From Paraspadella gotoi (lineage: Eukaryota > Animalia > Chaetognatha), in contig CM119271.1 in the NCBI GenBank assembly GCA_051294375.1, forward strand, positions 986,721 to 1,050,720: a DNA stretch of 64,000 nucleotides, written 5' to 3'. Position numbers and translations under genes: made by a program. Shown piece by piece: positions 25,847 to 64,000 of this stretch. The notes under the pieces are model-generated. The model did no database searches. It worked only from the letters and a program-made list of their open reading frames with translations, and was not told the DNA's origin. The stretch's first letter is position 1, and the number at the start of each line of letters is the position of its first letter.

Positions 25847-26014
25847 TGGCAAACGGCAATGACCAAAGAGTTGATGCTGACCGCGTTTTCAACCAGTTTG
25901 TTCCCTTTCTCCTAAACTTACCTTTTCCCTCTCTTTACTCCCTACCCCGCATGCCCCCCGCTACCCCTTTCCCCCTTGCAACCGCTCCCCTACCCTCGCC
26001 ACACCCCGCTCCAC

Positions 26015-58866
<32,852 letters not shown>

Positions 58867-58954
58867 TGTAAAGTTTTCATGTTGTCGTTCGTAACTTTTC
58901 TAAATTTAGTTTTTTTGAATCTAAAAATTTTTTTTTTTAAATCAGGGTATTTTT

Positions 58955-59105
58955 AGGGCGTCGCCGCCCTCGCCCCATACGGGCGTCGAAACGGGAAAGT
59001 TGGCGTGGCGGTTATTCGACGCTAGATGTCGCCAGTCGGGAGTGACGCAAACCGGAAGTTGGCGCGCGTCTCTTCGGCGTCGAACGGCGTCGCTTAAAAG
59101 GGAGG
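58955..59105 (-). promoter_or_regulatory. CpG-rich proximal promoter region of unit A
   Basis: GC/CpG island just upstream of the ATG with ETS-like ACCGGAAGT (59051-59059), TGACGCA half-CRE and CTCF-like CGCTAGATGTCGC (~59020-59032). Confidence 0.5.
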
Positions 59106-59398
59106 AAATTTATTTTAAAAAAATTAAATTATGTTTTTTGTTTTGTATTTGTATATTTAGCGACAAATTTGAATCAAAATACAACGAGGATGAATTTCGA
59201 AATAATTTTCGGTTGTTTTCTTTTTGTTTTGTTATGTTTTTTTGTGAATTTTTTTTTTAAATTGATAAATTCTTTCTCTAAGACGAACTTCGTTAAAAGG
59301 TGCGTCTGAAGACGAACTTGGGCGTCCTCGACGACATCATTGTCGACGACGAAAACGACGATGGAAAAAAACGAGTTAGAGACAGAGTGAAATCGAAG

Positions 59399-59449
<51 letters not shown>

Positions 59450-59969
59450 GGAGAGATAGAGGGTGAGAAGGAGAGAGATACAGAGAGAGAGAGAGAAAAG
59501 AATCTCATTCGGGACGAAAAGTTAGCGAAGGATTTTCACTGGGATATTGAGGAGGAGGTGGAGGAGGAGGAGGAGGAGGAGGAGGATTGGGAGAGGGGGA
59601 GGATGAAGAGGAAGAGAAGGGAGGAAGCGTGACTGGTGATCGTGAAGACGGTAGGAGGAGGAAGAGGAGGAGGAGGAGGAATAAGATGGTCTCCTAAAAA
59701 AAAGCAATGAATGAAACTTTTTCTTTGCGAGTGATGAATTAAGTGCAAAAAAAGAGGAAAGGAAATCAAAAAGAGCAAAAGGAAAATTAAAAAGAGCAAA
59801 AGAGACAGATACAAAATATCTAAAAAGCAAAAAAAGCAGCGTCAAAGATCCCGAGAAGAATTTTTTTGTTATTTCGATGAAAAAAACACTTTTTTGTCTT
59901 TTAACTCATGAAAGTTAGGAAAACTGCAGGGAAAAATTTCTAAATGAATAAAAACATAAACTTCCTCCT

Positions 59970-60025
<56 letters not shown>

Positions 60026-60750
60026 CGCGTCCATCGTGGCTCGCGTCCAAAATATTTAGATTGACGGTCTGATTGGTTACGGACCTTGATTATGTTGAAT
60101 CAGAGAGTTTGTGCGCAACTATGAAAGCTTGAGGAATTCATATTCAACGTAAAGTATAAATGTTATTGTATAATGTACATTGTACACTATGTACAGAATA
60201 TTATAGTATTTACTATAAACCTAAACTGATAAAATGACCGATATATAAGATTAATGAAAGATTTCACTGAATTGTTACATTTCTTCGGATCGAGTACAGT
60301 TTATCAGAACTGATAATGATTATTGAATATATTTAATGAGGTGATATATTTCAATAAATACTATTACTTTCATTATCGACTTTATTTGATCTTGTATATT
60401 CTTGGAGTTTAGTTCGGACGATCAGAAGATTTTTTTTGATCCTCACAAATCCGAATCTGGGTCACTTGGATCAAAGGATCAACATAAATCTAAAATCCGG
60501 GATTTGATTTCGCGTCCGGATCTCTAACGCGATGGGCGATGCTGAATCAATTCTCCAATCAATCAATCCAAACAAAACTGTTAAATAAACCAATAAAGCT
60601 ACCAAAAATACCAATCAGTCGCGAAACCACTCCTTTCACGATTCCCCCCCCCTTGATATCGAAAATATTTCATATCTAAACTTATATCGATCGCGTTATT
60701 AAGAAGAGTCGCGGATGAGATTCGAACCCGCGACCGCCGAAGACGCTCTT

Positions 60751-60920
60751 CTGATTGGTTCAATTCCCGCCGAATATTCTCACTCACCGATTGGAGGAGA
60801 TTCACGGACGAAGCTCCGATTGGTCCAGTCGCGAGTATTCTTGACGCTGATTGGCCGGATTGGGACCGGAGGAGACGCCACCCGGTCGTCAAAACAGCAG
60901 TCTTGTTTCTCGTTATAAAA
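60751..60920 (+). promoter_or_regulatory. CCAAT-box cluster plus TATA box of a divergently oriented promoter
   Basis: GATTGG motifs with ATTGG at 60754, 60790, 60819, 60850 and 60859; TATAAAA at 60914-60920. Confidence 0.55.
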
Positions 60921-61199
60921 ACTGGGGATACATCGGAGGAGCGTGGTCGCTATGGAGGAAGAGGAGGATGAGGAGGAGGAGGAGGAGGAGGAAGAGGAGG
61001 AGGAAGGATCTCACCCCCAAAAAGTTTTTGCCTCGTCTCGTTCTCTCTCTCTCTCTATATCTCTCTCTCTCTCTCTTTTTTTTTCTCGCTATCTCTCTCT
61101 CTCTTTCTCTCTTTCTGTTTCACGTAGAATTCGCCTTCTCTCTTCTTACATCGATTTTGATTTAAAACGGTAAAAAGACTACGCGCACACATATAAGAC

Positions 61200-61311
<112 letters not shown>

Positions 61312-61976
61312 AACCCACCGGGATTTTTTCTCGTTTTACAATACTTCGTCGATATATATTCTTTTAGATCTCTCTCTGTCTCTCTCTCTCTCCCTCCTTT
61401 CGCCGAACTTTTCATCTCGCTCTCCCTCTCTCTTTTTCACTCACTCTCTCGCTTCACACGAACCTCACACGAATCTCACGAATTCGCACGAAATCTCACC
61501 AAAGTTCGTCTAAAATTTTTTTCTCTACATTTTTTTTACAAAAAAAAAATCTTTTGAAGTTCGTCTGTTTCGATGCCGACACGAACGACAAACGGAAATG
61601 ATGACAATTACTGACACTGATATCGATTATCGATGACACTGACGATCCTGAGATGTTGACATTGATTTCGTTTCTAGTTTCTCTATTGTTATGAAAAGTG
61701 ACAACATCTACGACATTAATTACATCCTTATGAAAATCTGTAATGATAAATTTGTTCAAAATAAAAAGAAACAAATTTTATATGAATAGTGTAAAGACAT
61801 ACGGAATTATTGTATTTAGAGATAGGCCTACATACGTATATGAATCTATACTTTTTCATATTATTTTTTGTCATCTCTTAACTTCTTAACTTTTTCAGTT
61901 CTAATCGAAACCACGAAATTTCTACAAATTATTTTCAGTTTTTCAAAAGAAAAAAAAATCAAAAAATTAAAAGTCC

Positions 61977-62027
<51 letters not shown>

Positions 62028-62953
62028 TTGATTTCTAAAAAACTTTATTTATTTAGTATAATCTTTAATCCAATTTTTCTTACAATTTTATCCATATTTT
62101 AATAATAATGAAGGATCTACCCACAATATAATTAAACCATAAACTCGTTTACGAAAATTATCCCGACCTAAAACAAAAAATCTCTGGGTTAAAAATATTT
62201 TTGATGTTTTGTTTTGCTTTTTTTTTTCCTTTCGTTTTTTTTTTTTTTTTTTTTTTTGCGATATCGTTTCGCCTTTTGTTTGTTTTCCTTCACGCATTTT
62301 GTTTTTGCCGCCGATCCGAGTCGCTTTGGCTCTTTTTTCGCAAAACGACTTCCGTTTCAAAATATTTTCCCTTCCATTTTTGACTTTTGATCGAAATATC
62401 AAATATTGACTTTGTTCGTTTCTTCATTAAATCTTTATTGTTCTTTTTTGTTCTTTTTTGTTCATTATTGTTCTTTTTTGTTATTTTTGTTGTTGTTTTT
62501 GTTATTGTTCTCCAACGCCTAAATTCTTTATATTCATTCCTTACAGACTACACCCCAAATGCACAGGCTTCGAACCCCTCTACCGCCTCCCGGAATCCAC
62601 TGAAAAAATAAAGAGGAACTTCGTTCGACGGCTTCGCCAACACCTCTCTCTCTCTTTATCCCTCTTCGCCCTGAAGATAAGCGAGAGAGCGAGAGCGAGA
62701 CAGAGACAGAGACGCGTCGTTGGGAATCGCGCCGATTCCCCCGACGCCGTCAGTGTTACCCCGCCCTCTTTCGGCGAGGGACATGGGATTGGCGCCGTCG
62801 CCGCGCCCACATCCCCGCCTTCGATCGCCGTCCACGCTCACGTCGACGAGGCGGCGCCGGCCAGCGCCGGAAAACACAAACTCCGGCGCCGAGAGCGTGA
62901 AATGGCGCCATCGTGAAATTGACTGCGTCCCTGTGATCAGAAATTCCGTCAAA

Positions 62954-62988
62954 ATGAAATCCTTTTTAGCTTCGTCTTCCCTGTTTGG
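62954..62988 (+). CDS. Candidate first coding segment of a head-to-head neighbour gene (possibly collagen IV alpha-2)
   Basis: caaaATG context, MKSFLASSSLF(G), strong GTGAGT donor at 62989; upstream acceptor ttcattccttacag at ~62547. Confidence 0.3.
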
Positions 62989-63006
62989 GTGAGTTTTAGG
63001 GTAATG

Positions 63007-63110
<104 letters not shown>

Positions 63111-63861
63111 CCAGCAATAGTCCAAACGCGTCAAAGGTCCACACTCGCAATATCTGTCGATTTGGTGTCTGGTGAGAGATTTTATCCAATTAAAAAGAGG
63201 TGAAAGGTAATTGAGAGGGAAAGTACAAAACTTAGCTTCGCTTTGTTTGAGTTCACGTGAACTTAAACTTGAAAATTTTATTTTCTACATCAAACAAACA
63301 AACTCATAATAAACATAAACAAACAAACTAATAATAAACATAAACAAACAAAAACGAGGACAACGACATAAAAATCTTGTTTTTCGTTTTTCTGGCGAAA
63401 CCGAAATTTCTGAGAGCAAAGTTCGGCTAAGAAAAAAAAAAGAAAAAAGGGAAAAAAATGAGAAAATGAGTCTGTTAAACTAATTTAGTAATATATTTTT
63501 TTTTTTCGGGGGCGGACGTGAAAAAAAAAGTGAAATTGATAAGAGTCAAGGTAGAATGTGAGAAGATTGGATTTTTAAGAAAGTCTGTTTAAACTGAAAA
63601 GCTCGATTTAAAGAAACATCTGGACTAACATTAACATTCTTTATTCATTTAAAATTTAGATTTGCCGTTAAAGCGAAAAAAAATTATGTAATTACTTTTT
63701 AACATCATCTAGTTCAAAAATGATTAACTTTTCAAATCCATTTTCTCTATTTAAATATTTAATATCTTCAATAAGCTGGATTTCTGAGTTTTCTTTTAAA
63801 AAAAATGGATCGGCCAATTAAGCGGCATATTTTTGCCCTAAAGACGTTATAAGAAAAATTC

Positions 63862-63898
<37 letters not shown>

Positions 63899-64000
63899 CC
63901 CTTCCCTATCGGAGGCTCAAAGTAAACAATCTAGAGTAAACAGACTTTCTCCGCTGCATGCGTCGTCGTCGTCGTCGTCGTCAGCGTCGTCGTGTCTAAA

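Overview
Eukaryotic (invertebrate metazoan-like) AT-rich, microsatellite-rich scaffold with five N-gaps. Two type IV collagen coding units dominate it, both on the minus strand. Unit A (58866->26015) is an alpha1-like chain. I reconstructed it by hand as 36 GT-AG exons whose phases all join in frame (5282 nt): signal peptide, 7S domain, interrupted Gly-X-Y helix and NC1. Only the last NC1 exon is missing, probably inside the 679-N gap. Unit B (21515->152, continuing past the window start) is a diverged paralog with 14 exons. It covers only the C-terminal ~617 collagenous residues plus NC1, with no visible signal peptide or 7S domain. Its helix is within 2 codons of the length of the matching part of A, it lacks the Met cluster used for the sulfilimine cross-link, and it has gained helix cysteines. 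Other notable items: a candidate pair of mutually exclusive exons (A9/A10) at the position of the nematode let-2 exon 9/10 switch; an 18-nt Gly-X-Y microexon in the 7S region; two minimal hammerhead ribozymes with covarying stem II, sense to the collagen pre-mRNA; Helentron/HINE-like elements; a Gypsy integrase relic; a CCAAT/TATA promoter for a possible head-to-head partner gene; and an assembly-artefact multiplication of exon 1. Most ORFs in the supplied track are microsatellite or antisense noise.
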